From Patescibacteria group bacterium (GTDB lineage: Bacteria > Patescibacteriota > Microgenomatia > 2-02-FULL-39-11): DNA of 64,000 nucleotides. The translations under genes were made by a program, and so were the position numbers. The notes under the pieces were generated by a model. It ran no database searches. It was not told the origin of the DNA and saw only the letters and a program-made list of their open reading frames with translations. The stretch lies in the NCBI GenBank assembly GCA_023379265.1, contig JAMCUI010000013.1, positions 11,576 through 75,575 of the forward strand, written 5' to 3'. This document shows, piece after piece, positions 18,362 to 28,158 of this stretch. Position 1 is the stretch's first letter. The number at the start of each line of letters is the position of its first letter.

Positions 18362-19781
18362 AGATTTTCTCTAAATTGTTTGTAGCTTCCTTCAACTCGG
18401 AAAGAACCTCAGTAATAAGCCCCTGGGGGTCAGCTATTTCGCCTCCATCGTCAATATCCTTATCTTTCAACCATTTGAAGCTATCCAGTTTGTAATTTCT
18501 CTCTTTTATTTGCGAAATGCTAAACTTTTTCCAGCGATTTTCTTTTGAGTGACTTTCGTCACGCTTTGATTGACCATTAGCGTTTTCTCCGTAACACTTC
18601 TCAAAATCTTCAAAATGCTTAGATGATAATGGTCTATCTTTTACAGTAATGCCAGGTACATTGGTTCTAGCATCATAAATCCATGTATTCTCGGTTGGCA
18701 TTCCTTTGGTAAAAAACACTACATTTGCTTTTACTCCTTGGCTATAAGGAGTAAACGTACCATTGGGAAGGCGAAGTATAGTGTGTACATTACAATCCTG
18801 CATGAGAATTTTGAATACTTCTGCCGCTTGGTCGGCAAATAGTACGTTGTCGGGCAGTACAATAGCCGCTCTGCCGCCTGGTTTAAGAATAGTAAGGACA
18901 TGTTGGACGAAGTTAAGCTGTTTATTACTGGTGGAGACTGTAAAATCTTGCCTTTCAGGAGCTTGATTAGCCCCTTTCGTGCCAAAAGGAGGATTAGTTA
19001 GCACTACATCGTATCTATCACCATGGTCAGGTTCATAAAGACTATCACCTAATCGGATATTTGAAATAATTCCGTGTAAATAAAGGTTCATAAGAGCCAA
19101 TCTTCTAGGTCTTGCTACAAGCTCTGTCCCAAAATAAGTATTTTTCTTAATTCTGTCTAAATCTTCTCGGTTTATCGCACTTCCGGTTTGCTGTAAAAAC
19201 CACTCATAAGCGGATAGAAGGAAACCACCTGTACCTGCTGCTGGGTCACAAATAGTGAAGTCTTTAGCTTTTCTAGGGTCTGGTTTCATCACTCTCACTA
19301 TTGTTTGGATAAGTATACGGGGCGTAAAATATTGTCCCGCTCCTTTTTTGCCTTCTGCGGCTGATTTTTCCAGTAATCCTTCGTATGCTTGTGCTTTTAC
19401 GTCTATATTCAATCCTGACCATTCAATCTCATCAATTAGGTCAATAAGTCTTTTAAGATTTACCGGTTTAGTAAACTTTGATAATGCTTCTGTAAATATG
19501 GCTCCGAGCAATCCTTCTTGTTTGGCAAGTCCTCGTAATAGTTCACTATAAAAATCAATAAGCTCTGTACCCGATTTTGTTTTCAGTACTGCCCAAGAAT
19601 ACTCTTTTGGGATATTAGCTCCTTTTTCCTCTGCCATTTTAAGAAAAAGAAGATATGTTAACTGTTCTACGTAATCACCATAGTCCATTCCATCATGGCG
19701 TAATACATGACAATATCCCCATAATTTGTTAACGATATTTGTATTAGTTTGCATAGGCGTAAACAGCAGGAATAGTTGCAT
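18336..19781 (-). CDS. hsdM: Type I restriction-modification N6-adenine DNA methyltransferase HsdM
   Basis: N-terminal HsdM_N region, AdoMet motif DPAAGTGGFL and catalytic NPPFG. The ORF N-terminus overlaps hsdR by 38 nt, so the true start is probably the internal Met near 19754. Confidence 0.9.
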   Translation of the reverse strand: MQLFLLFTPMQTNTNIVNKLWGYCHVLRHDGMDYGDYVEQLTYLLFLKMAEEKGANIPKEYSWAVLKTKSGTELIDFYSELLRGLAKQEGLLGAIFTEALSKFTKPVNLKRLIDLIDEIEWSGLNIDVKAQAYEGLLEKSAAEGKKGAGQYFTPRILIQTIVRVMKPDPRKAKDFTICDPAAGTGGFLLSAYEWFLQQTGSAINREDLDRIKKNTYFGTELVARPRRLALMNLYLHGIISNIRLGDSLYEPDHGDRYDVVLTNPPFGTKGANQAPERQDFTVSTSNKQLNFVQHVLTILKPGGRAAIVLPDNVLFADQAAEVFKILMQDCNVHTILRLPNGTFTPYSQGVKANVVFFTKGMPTENTWIYDARTNVPGITVKDRPLSSKHFEDFEKCYGENANGQSKRDESHSKENRWKKFSISQIKERNYKLDSFKWLKDKDIDDGGEIADPQGLITEVLSELKEATNNLEKIYAELENGK

Positions 19782-22446
19782 TTAATTCTTGTAAAAATGG
19801 TATCAATTTCCCATCAAAGTCGGCATCAATTCGTTTATAACTTCCACCAAGATTAGTAAAGATGGGCATTTCACCAAAATCGTCTACATCAATCGTAAGA
19901 TTTTCAATGAGATGGAGTTTAATTAGGTTTAACCATTGTTCTTGTTTTTCTGTAACTTTTTTTGTGCCTAAAACTTTCTTCATGGCTAAATCAATCCTCT
20001 CTTTTGCCGAAAGTAAAGGTTCATCTTTCGCAGCGTGTTTAACCATTGAAATAATATCAGCAAGAGGATATTTATAAGCTCTGCGTAAATTATCTTCTGT
20101 ATAGCGTTCTGGTTGTTTGGAAAGTGAAGTCCGCAGTTCCTTTAATGCTTTTGTATCCCAATTTTTAGGTTTATTTATTACGATACTAATAGCCTCAATA
20201 TGCTCAGGATTATCTTTTACAAACCTCTCAAACTGTTTGATGTAGTCGTCAGGTTTTAGCTCTCTTCCGTCAGTAGTCCGAAATATATACTCTGATGTGA
20301 CAGTATCTTCTTGCTCAATAGCACGTATAAACCTTAATGGAGGCCGTGGATAATGTTTTAGTAGGTCAATAAACTTTTCATCTGTTAAGATTTTAAGCGT
20401 AGCTACTCGTTCTTTAGTTAAAGCATCAGGCAGGTTTTTAGCAAAGGCAGAGATGTCGCCATCTGGAATGTACTTTACGAACATTTCTCGTCCTTCGGCA
20501 GTAATATTTTTGGCAATTCGTTGAAGTCTCTTTACCAGACAGCGAGTATTGTATTCAACGTCAATATTATTATTTATTGCCTCTATTATTTCTTCAATAG
20601 TACGTACAGGATTGACTGGTGGAATTTGTGTTATTCCAGTTGTATTTTTGAACGCTTCAAGTAATGTTCCATCAAAACAATCAAAAACAGTGAAGTGATT
20701 TTTTGCTCGCGTCCCAAGTCCATTGGGAAAATTATTACAAAGTCGTGTACCCCGACCTAACATTTGCTCAAATAAAATACGGGATTTTACAGGACGTAGG
20801 AAAACGATATTTTCAATAGATGGAATATCAACGCCAGTTGATAGCATATCAACAGTAATTACTATATGCGGGTCGGGTCTATTTCTAAACTCTTTAATAC
20901 GAGTAAGTGGTCTATCAACGGTAGGTGAACCCGTAATCTTTTGTACGAAAGCATCCCCTTTACCGAAAATATCTCGGCAAATGTTTATTAGTTGGTCAGC
21001 GTGTGATATGTGAGGTAAATCATTATCAGCAAAGATGAGAGTTTTGGGGAAACGACCTAATTCTTTTTCTTGTTCAAGCGCATATTTAGCAAACTCCTGA
21101 ATAATTTTCCGATTACTTTCAGGTGCAGTAATATCCCTTTCTACGTCTGCGACTTCAAAATGTCTTTCATCTTCTAATAAATCCAGTTGCTGTGCACCTG
21201 TTTGCGTGTCAACCTGTTCAATTTCTTCGCCTTCTTTCAAAGTAATACCCTTAATCCTGACACCAGAGGAGACTTTTACAGCATCATAATCCACTAAAAA
21301 ACCATCTTGAACAGCTTTTTCATAAGTATAGCGATATGCGATTTCCTTAAAATAGCTTGTTGTATGTGCAGCGGGTGTTGCAGTAAGTCCAATTTTTATT
21401 GCATCAAAATGATTGAGAACTCCACGCCATTTACTTACTTCGTGTGAAGTATAACCTCTATGACACTCGTCAGCTATGATAGTGTCAAAAGCGTTAATAG
21501 GCATATCAATCTTGTCGGCATCATCGTCTGGGTCATAATCACCGCTATAGCTAAACATTCCCTCTTTGCCATAAAGATTAATTTGCATACGTTGTATTGT
21601 TGAAACATAGACGAATACTTGATTACCGTCTGGGTCTGTAAGGTAGCTGGTAGGAATAGTGTTAAAATCTACTTTTTCTTCACTTTCAAAATCATCAATT
21701 TTGAACTTTTGACTATAAACTTGGTAGATTTGGTTAAACTTCAAACCATTTTCTGCTTCGTAACTAGCAAACTCTGTTACTGCTTGTGCAGCCAACGCTT
21801 TGCGGTCAACTAAGAAAAGAATACGTTTACTTACTCCTGATTTAAGTAAACGATATACAAGAGACGCAATAGTGAAAGTCTTACCTGTTCCTGTAGCCAT
21901 AGCGACCAGCATTGAGCGTTTATTATTAGCGATGGCATTTTCTATGGCGATAATTGCATCTCGCTGGTAGTATCGCAACTTACTATAGTTAGGTGGATTT
22001 TCAGAAAACCACCTAGTATTTTCCTGTGTTTTTATTGTTAAATATTCAATCAGTGCTTTTGGAGTATGAAACTCTTGTATTTGTCGTGAGCGGCTAGTAG
22101 ATAATCGTAAATCTTGAAACCAGATTATTTCACCGTTTGTGGAATAAATAAAAGGAACTTCCAATCCTTGCTCCTTAGCTCCTTTTACATATCGTTGAGC
22201 TTGTGATAAAACATTTTGAGGGCCGAGTGTAATCTTCTTTGCCTCAACAAAAGCAACGAGCTTTCCATTAGTAAATAAGGCATAATCTACTGGGCCTGTT
22301 GCAGTAGGATATTCCTCTACAGCATTTTTGTGAAGCACCGATATATCTAACCCCTCTTTATAAGGGATAATATTTTCCCATCCAGATTTTTTCAATTTTT
22401 CATCAATCCACTTTTTACGAGTGGCTTTTTCATTTACATTTTCCAT
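19744..22446 (-). CDS. hsdR: Type I restriction enzyme R subunit HsdR (nuclease plus SF2 helicase)
   Basis: N-terminal HsdR nuclease region, Walker A MATGTGKT, DECH box (IIADECHRGY), and helicase C and C-terminal domains. 900 aa. Confidence 0.9.
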   Translation of the reverse strand: MENVNEKATRKKWIDEKLKKSGWENIIPYKEGLDISVLHKNAVEEYPTATGPVDYALFTNGKLVAFVEAKKITLGPQNVLSQAQRYVKGAKEQGLEVPFIYSTNGEIIWFQDLRLSTSRSRQIQEFHTPKALIEYLTIKTQENTRWFSENPPNYSKLRYYQRDAIIAIENAIANNKRSMLVAMATGTGKTFTIASLVYRLLKSGVSKRILFLVDRKALAAQAVTEFASYEAENGLKFNQIYQVYSQKFKIDDFESEEKVDFNTIPTSYLTDPDGNQVFVYVSTIQRMQINLYGKEGMFSYSGDYDPDDDADKIDMPINAFDTIIADECHRGYTSHEVSKWRGVLNHFDAIKIGLTATPAAHTTSYFKEIAYRYTYEKAVQDGFLVDYDAVKVSSGVRIKGITLKEGEEIEQVDTQTGAQQLDLLEDERHFEVADVERDITAPESNRKIIQEFAKYALEQEKELGRFPKTLIFADNDLPHISHADQLINICRDIFGKGDAFVQKITGSPTVDRPLTRIKEFRNRPDPHIVITVDMLSTGVDIPSIENIVFLRPVKSRILFEQMLGRGTRLCNNFPNGLGTRAKNHFTVFDCFDGTLLEAFKNTTGITQIPPVNPVRTIEEIIEAINNNIDVEYNTRCLVKRLQRIAKNITAEGREMFVKYIPDGDISAFAKNLPDALTKERVATLKILTDEKFIDLLKHYPRPPLRFIRAIEQEDTVTSEYIFRTTDGRELKPDDYIKQFERFVKDNPEHIEAISIVINKPKNWDTKALKELRTSLSKQPERYTEDNLRRAYKYPLADIISMVKHAAKDEPLLSAKERIDLAMKKVLGTKKVTEKQEQWLNLIKLHLIENLTIDVDDFGEMPIFTNLGGSYKRIDADFDGKLIPFLQELNATIPAVYAYAN

Positions 22447-22455
22447 AATAAGTAT

Positions 22456-22641
22456 CTATCTACCTACGAGTTTTTTTAGAAAACGTTTAATATCTTCTTT
22501 TTTATAGCGTCTGTCTCCTCTGTTACTGATTATTACTGCTTTTAATTTTCCTGTTTTATCCCAACGTCTTAAAGTTTCAGGATTAACTCCTAACATTTCT
22601 GCTGCTTGGCGTATTTTTATTAGTTTTACATTCCTTGGCAT
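22456..22641 (-). CDS. HTH_17 (excisionase/MerR-like) small DNA-binding protein
   Basis: IKIRQAAEMLGVNPETLRRWDKTGKL is a typical HTH_17. Lies 9 nt upstream of hsdR on the same strand. Confidence 0.65.
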   Translation of the reverse strand: MPRNVKLIKIRQAAEMLGVNPETLRRWDKTGKLKAVIISNRGDRRYKKEDIKRFLKKLVGR

Positions 22642-22751
22642 TTTGTCCCAAAATTAGAATAGTAACTTCTACTCAATTATACATCACATCTGATACAATT
22701 ACCCTATAATTGAATAGGCTAAATTGTTGAATAGAAAAATTAATTGATTTT

Positions 22752-23288
22752 ATGATTTTATCTCAGAAAGCTATTGACGAGTTCAAGGCTATTTTTGAAA
22801 AAAAATATCATAAGAAGTTAACTAATGCAGAAGCATCAGAATCCGCGCATAATCTAGTAGGATTCTTTGAGGTGTTATATGAGATTGCAGAGCGTGAGGC
22901 AATAAGAACTAAACGCCTTGAGAAAGAGCCGAAAGGATTTTATTTAGAGGACGATGGTAAGGTGTATAACTGTCTCATCTGCCACAACACAATATCAGGC
23001 AAGACTGGTTGGTGGGATAAATGGGGTCAGAAGTGTCTTAACTGTCAAAGGAACATTAATGCTGGTGTGATACCACCAGATATATGCAAAAACGATAAAA
23101 TATGGTTTAAGAATTGGCAGTTGAAAGAGTATTTCGGCATCCATCCTTCAAAAGTACAAAAGTTAAGAAGAACCGGAGAATTAAAAGGGATAGACTTGTT
23201 GGATGAAAAAGGGTGGACGTACCTTACAGTGTTTTTAGTCAAGGATAATGTATCTTTTTTGAAAAAGTACTCAAAAAATAAGAAATAA
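22752..23288 (+). CDS. hypothetical zinc-finger protein
   Basis: CLICHN ... CLNCQ four-cysteine cluster. ORF only. Diverges from the hsd operon. Confidence 0.4.
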   Translation: MILSQKAIDEFKAIFEKKYHKKLTNAEASESAHNLVGFFEVLYEIAEREAIRTKRLEKEPKGFYLEDDGKVYNCLICHNTISGKTGWWDKWGQKCLNCQRNINAGVIPPDICKNDKIWFKNWQLKEYFGIHPSKVQKLRRTGELKGIDLLDEKGWTYLTVFLVKDNVSFLKKYSKNKK

Positions 23289-23602
23289 TTTATAAGAGTT
23301 GTATAGATTTTTATTGATTTCAATAGAATAAAAGACTATCAGTCCGAAGTCTTAGCAATTATTTCCCCTGAACACCGTACCTACTCACTCATGTTTCATT
23401 GACCCACTATTGACATACGTGATGTACCACTTACACTCAAATCATAAACTTAATTTAGATAGATAGAGCGATACGACAATGAAAATTAAAAGCATCAAAA
23501 AATCCATTTTCCCCACCCAAAGAGACGCCATAAAGAAGATTAACCGTTTAACTCGTAAATCCTATAAGTATATTGATTTTCTTATTTGGAGAGGAGCTAT
23601 TT

Positions 23603-24205
23603 ATGGACAAAAGATATGAGCCCCATTTAATCGGAGATTATGTTTTTGACGAGACAGCCTCGGCCTTGCAAAAAAGTATTCGCAGGGGTCTGGAATACGA
23701 AAGTTGCTGGTGGGGTTTCATAATACACCAGAGTGGCTATGGCCAGTATCTATGGCGCAGGTTAAATATTATAACGGCAGAAGATGTTGGGTTAGGTAAT
23801 CCTAGTGCATTAATTCTAGTTTCTGCACTACAGCAGTCATGGCTGTTGTTTCACAAGCATGATAAAGCGCCTACTCTGGACAAATATTTGCTATGCTGTC
23901 AGGCAATCTTGCATCTTTGTCGTTCTCCCAAATCCCGTGAAGCTGATAGCCTAACGAATTTGATTGAGGAAAACTATAAATCAGGCAAACGATTGGCAGT
24001 CGCGGAATACGCTTTGGATTCACACTGTGAAAAAGGACGTCAAAGATGGGGTAGTTTCGGCAACAGAACTGACGGAAAAGAAAAGAAGCGATTGGACATG
24101 TGGTTTAAAGTTTGGTCGTATATTGAAAACCAAGCATACCCCGATAAGTGGATAGATGAACTTAAAAGTATATGGTACGGCAGAACAAAGGAAGGTAAGC
24201 CATGA
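23603..24205 (+). CDS. stand-alone MgsA/RarA C-terminal-domain-like protein (no AAA+ module)
   Basis: ALQKSIRRG ... ITAEDVGLGNPSAL ... HLCRSPKSREA parallels the MgsA_C block SA.QKSIRGS ... IASEDIGLADP.AL ... YLA.APKSN. Start set at the Met preceded by GGAGAGGAG. The track ORF begins 30 nt earlier at 23573. Confidence 0.5.
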   Translation: MDKRYEPHLIGDYVFDETASALQKSIRRGLEYESCWWGFIIHQSGYGQYLWRRLNIITAEDVGLGNPSALILVSALQQSWLLFHKHDKAPTLDKYLLCCQAILHLCRSPKSREADSLTNLIEENYKSGKRLAVAEYALDSHCEKGRQRWGSFGNRTDGKEKKRLDMWFKVWSYIENQAYPDKWIDELKSIWYGRTKEGKP

Positions 24206-25104
24206 AAAAAATTACGAGTCTAGAGTTAGGTTTTAATAGTTACCCAAGAAAAATCTTTGACAATCTGGACGTCAGTGAAAGCACACGGGTTGATTATAAC
24301 TACAGGATTGGTTTATTCCTTACATTTATTAAATACAATCATTTTGTCAGTAACAGCTTTTTGGATTTCAAGCGGTATCTTTCAAAAAGGAATGATTATG
24401 CAGTCTCTACTAAGAATAAATACCTTATAACAGCAAAAGTCTTTCTAAAAGAGCTTAACAGGTTAGGGTTTCTGCCCATAAATATCACGCAGAATGTTAA
24501 ATTATTCCAGCAGAATAGGAAACACAAGAGAATTGGATTGAGTGAAAGCGAAGTATTGCTTCTATCAGAAAAAATCAAACAATTACCCATCACGATGAAA
24601 AACACACGGTTAAGAGCTATTCTATGCTGTTTGGTGCTACAGGGGCTTCGTCAGAAGGAGATAATCGGACTGGCAGTCCGAGATTTGGATTTAGTAAATC
24701 AAACCATATCAATCACTGGTAAGGGAAGGGAAGACAAAGAGATGGTTGATTTGCATCCAGAAACGGTAAAAGCTTTGTCAGAATACCTTGTTACAAACAA
24801 AATTGCAGACGGCCCGTTATTTGTTAGCCAAAGCAACCACAAGCGCAATAACAGACTAACTACACGAGGATTGAGAGGAATAGTAAAAGCAATGTTAAAA
24901 GAGCTAAATATAAACAAGTGCGTGCATGGGTTCCGACATTATTTTGCCACTAAACTAATTAAAACGTATAAAGGCGACTTGCTTGCAGTCGCCCAATATA
25001 CTCGCCACAAGAGTATTGATACTTTGCAGATTTATAACGACAGCATTAAGCATAAGGAAGATTTACCTCGTTTCTACCGAGCCTTTCAAGGGATTCAATT
25101 TTAA
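24202..25104 (+). CDS. tyrosine site-specific recombinase (phage-integrase/XerD-like)
   Basis: N-terminal SAM-like region and a C-terminal catalytic domain with R (LRQKEI), HGFRHYFAT and a conserved Y near the C-terminus (TLQIY). Start overlaps the previous stop (ATGA). Confidence 0.8.
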   Translation: MKKITSLELGFNSYPRKIFDNLDVSESTRVDYNYRIGLFLTFIKYNHFVSNSFLDFKRYLSKRNDYAVSTKNKYLITAKVFLKELNRLGFLPINITQNVKLFQQNRKHKRIGLSESEVLLLSEKIKQLPITMKNTRLRAILCCLVLQGLRQKEIIGLAVRDLDLVNQTISITGKGREDKEMVDLHPETVKALSEYLVTNKIADGPLFVSQSNHKRNNRLTTRGLRGIVKAMLKELNINKCVHGFRHYFATKLIKTYKGDLLAVAQYTRHKSIDTLQIYNDSIKHKEDLPRFYRAFQGIQF

Positions 25105-25407
25105 CTGATTTTCAGTTCCAACTTCTCATAATACACATTACAGGAAATACAATTATAGGACACTAACTTTCTGTCTATTACGCACAAGGTCTAAATAACT
25201 CTAAAGAATTCTATAAAAGTATAGTCTGTCCTATAATCAATTAGAGCGTCCTATCGCTTAAATCCCTATTGACATCGGTATTGTTTTTGATATTATTAAA
25301 ATAAGTTAACAAATTACCGAAGTCCCACAAGGGGACGGGTTGATAGATACCCAAAGGCACATGGGATTAGTGTCAAGGGTATCTTTTTTTGTGGGAAAAA
25401 ATGAAAA

Positions 25408-25656
25408 ATGAATAACAACTATTGGACTACTTCTGATTTTACCTCCGCCTGTATAGCACGAGCCTCTGGAATACCTCTGATTGACCTTATCAAAGATAAA
25501 CCACATTCAATTACCTTCGTTTTTAGTGAAGAACCCCAAAAATGCGAGGCCATTCTGAAATCACATTGGGATAGAAGTCTCAAGCTAGAGACACGTTTAC
25601 TTTTTGAAACCATTAACGAGCTAAAAACAAGGATTTATGAGCGATTAAAACAGTAA
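25408..25656 (+). CDS. hypothetical small protein
   Basis: 82-aa ORF inside the island. Confidence 0.3.
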   Translation: MNNNYWTTSDFTSACIARASGIPLIDLIKDKPHSITFVFSEEPQKCEAILKSHWDRSLKLETRLLFETINELKTRIYERLKQ

Positions 25657-25684
25657 AAAGAATGTTTTTTAATGTAAATGAAAT

Positions 25685-26239
25685 ATGGAAAATCGTTACC
25701 ACATCAAATGGGAAGGATTAAGAAAAATGATTAGAAACCCTAATATACAATCTATTCACAAGGTTATTTTAGTTGACTTACTTTTATATTCAGGTGTAGA
25801 TGGCAATTGCTTTCCATCACAAAAGACATTAGCAATAAATCAAGGCAAATCAGAGCGTTATATTAGATTAAAGCTACATGAACTCCAAAAATTAGGTTTA
25901 ATTTCTTGGGAACGTGGTGGATTTGGATGTTCAAATAATTATTCTCTCAATAAGGAACTATATATCCTCACTGATGATGACAAAGGGTCTTCTATATCCT
26001 CTAAGATAGGAAATCAATATCCTTTACGAATAGGAAATACTCTACCTACTAATGTAATCAAATTAAATAATCAAACTAATAATAGTCAATCGCAAATTAA
26101 TAAAACGAACCCATCCTATTTCATTCCTTGTAATCAAAAAGGGTGTTCTGGTGGACGAATTTTCAATACAAAAAAAAATACTGCATCTAAATGTGATTGT
26201 TTAATTTCCTTTGAAAAGTGTAAAAAGAATGGAGACTAA
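25685..26239 (+). CDS. helix-turn-helix (HTH_36-like) DNA-binding protein, replication-initiator-like
   Basis: FPSQKTLAINQGKSERYIRLKLHELQKLGLISWER is typical of winged-HTH domains in phage or plasmid replication proteins. Confidence 0.45.
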   Translation: MENRYHIKWEGLRKMIRNPNIQSIHKVILVDLLLYSGVDGNCFPSQKTLAINQGKSERYIRLKLHELQKLGLISWERGGFGCSNNYSLNKELYILTDDDKGSSISSKIGNQYPLRIGNTLPTNVIKLNNQTNNSQSQINKTNPSYFIPCNQKGCSGGRIFNTKKNTASKCDCLISFEKCKKNGD

Positions 26240-26412
26240 TTTAAGTACCGAAAATCATAATTCACACGAAAAGCAATTATTAACTTCAAACGATGTTGAA
26301 AATCGGATGCGGATTATAGCTAACCTTATTATTGATAAATATCTTGACGATAAAAAGAACAAATTATTGAAAACATTAAATGAACCAACTACACTAAAAA
26401 TATAAATAAAAT

Positions 26413-28158
26413 ATGAAAATGTACGATGCTGTCGCTGCACTTAGAGTATCATCAACAAAACAAGGATTAGCTGGTGATAGCCCTGACGACCAACAATTAC
26501 AGATTGAAAACAAAGCGAAATTATTAGGTATAGATACCTCCAACATTAAATATTTTACTTTTATTCAATCTGCTTCAGGCATTGTACAGCCTTCTCAAGA
26601 AGCAATTGATTTTTGTAAGGAAAATCAGGGTAAAGTTAAGTATTTTTTCATTAAATCTATAGATAGATTTACTCGTGGTGGTGTCTATTCTTACCTTCAA
26701 TTAAAAGCTCAACTCATTAAATATGGTGTACATTTAGTTGATGTATTAGGAGTAATCAATGAACAAAAAATAAATACTCTACAACATCTAGGACTAGAAT
26801 ATCGTTGGAGTGTTTATAATCCATCTTTTGCAAATGAACTCCTCAAAGTTGAGGAAGCAAAGAACGAAGTTTGTTCAATTCTTACTCGTCTCATTGGAGC
26901 TTCAATTCGTTATGTACGAATGGGGTATCGTGTTAGACAATCTCCGATGGGTTATCAAAATAGCAAAATTGAGACAACTGATGGGTTGAGAGTTGTTTTA
27001 ATACCTCATTCTATTGAAGCGAGATGGTTCATTAGAATGTTTGAGTTGAGAATACAAGGTAATTTATCTGATGAAGAAATAGTGAAAGAGGTTAATAGCA
27101 TGGGTTTTAAGTCTAGATTATTAAAGATACATGATAAAGTAGAAAGAACAAAAGTGATTAATTACAAAGGAAGTCTACCGCTCAATGTTAAACAATTTCA
27201 AAGATACATACAAAATCCTATTTATGCCGGTGTAAATACTGAAAAATGGACTAATGGTCAGCCGATTAAGACTAAGTTTGATGGGTTAGTAACTATAGAA
27301 ATGTTTAATAAAGCAAACCGCGGAAAAATTATGATTATTGAAGATGGGGATACGGTAAGGATTTACAAAGGTAAACTTCCGGAATGGCTTGTAAAGAAAG
27401 ATAAAGACAATCCACTGTATCCATATAAGAAACAGGTTCTTTGTCCCATATGCAGAAACCCTTTACTCGGCAGCGCACCAAAAAATAAAGCAGGCGACCA
27501 TATTCCCCGTTATCATTGTGGAATAACGAAGTTTCGTAATCACAAGTATTGGAGTGTAAATAAAAAGATATTTGACAAAACGATTAACAATTTTGTACAC
27601 ACGATTAGGTTTAGTGAGAAGTTTAAGAAACGACTTGAAGAAATCGTACTTGAAGAGTGGGAAAAAAGAAGTCAAAAATTAGTTTCCGATACGATAGATA
27701 TAAGAGAACAAGTTAATAAAATAGATTTTGATATTTTGCAACTTAAAGAAAGAATAAAACAGCTTACATCAACGACTGTAATTCAAATGCTTGAAGCTGA
27801 TATAGATGGATTAGTGCAAAAGAAAACAGGTTTAATTGTTGATTGTAATAAGAAAGAAGATGAGGATGTAGATATTCAGACACTAATCAACTACACAAAA
27901 TACTTAATGGAACACCTAGAAGAATTATTATTAGGAGGCTCTGACCCGCTTAAAAATGCTGCTCTTTTTGGACTAATTTTTGATACACCACCGACTTATC
28001 AAGATTTAGTAAATGGAACACCAGTTTTATCGCCTCTATTCCAGCTAAACGAGGATTTCAATTCTTCTAAATCTTTTTCTGTGAGCCCGGAGAGATTCGA
28101 ACTCTCAACCAACAGCTTAAAAGGCTGCTGCTCTACCGTTGAGCTACAGGCCCAGTAA
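26413..28158 (+). CDS. large serine recombinase (resolvase/invertase-type catalytic domain plus recombinase and zinc-ribbon domains)
   Basis: N-terminal AALRVSSTKQ has the catalytic Ser. DRFTRGG follows, then a recombinase domain, a CPICRNP ... HCG zinc ribbon and a coiled coil. The last roughly 24 codons are antisense to tRNA-Lys, so the true C-terminus is uncertain. Confidence 0.75.
   Translation: MKMYDAVAALRVSSTKQGLAGDSPDDQQLQIENKAKLLGIDTSNIKYFTFIQSASGIVQPSQEAIDFCKENQGKVKYFFIKSIDRFTRGGVYSYLQLKAQLIKYGVHLVDVLGVINEQKINTLQHLGLEYRWSVYNPSFANELLKVEEAKNEVCSILTRLIGASIRYVRMGYRVRQSPMGYQNSKIETTDGLRVVLIPHSIEARWFIRMFELRIQGNLSDEEIVKEVNSMGFKSRLLKIHDKVERTKVINYKGSLPLNVKQFQRYIQNPIYAGVNTEKWTNGQPIKTKFDGLVTIEMFNKANRGKIMIIEDGDTVRIYKGKLPEWLVKKDKDNPLYPYKKQVLCPICRNPLLGSAPKNKAGDHIPRYHCGITKFRNHKYWSVNKKIFDKTINNFVHTIRFSEKFKKRLEEIVLEEWEKRSQKLVSDTIDIREQVNKIDFDILQLKERIKQLTSTTVIQMLEADIDGLVQKKTGLIVDCNKKEDEDVDIQTLINYTKYLMEHLEELLLGGSDPLKNAALFGLIFDTPPTYQDLVNGTPVLSPLFQLNEDFNSSKSFSVSPERFELSTNSLKGCCSTVELQAQ
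28082..28153 (-). tRNA. tRNA-Lys (anticodon UUU)
   Basis: Reverse-complement GGGCCTGTAGCTCAACGGTAGAGCAGCAGCCTTTTAAGCTGTTGGTTGAGAGTTCGAATCTCTCCGGGCTCA folds as a cloverleaf with two G-U pairs in the acceptor stem. Anticodon loop CTTTTAA gives UUU. T-loop TTCGAAT. Confidence 0.8.

Noticed and set aside
23573-23602. N-terminal 10 codons of ORF 23573-24205 (MIFLFGEELF)
   Set aside because: The internal ATG at 23603 is preceded by GGAGAGGAG at optimal spacing, so the extension is probably not translated.
26211-26405. 64-aa ORF between the HTH_36-like gene and the serine recombinase
   Set aside because: It overlaps the end of the preceding ORF and has no motif. It may be real but is unsupported, so it is not listed as a feature.
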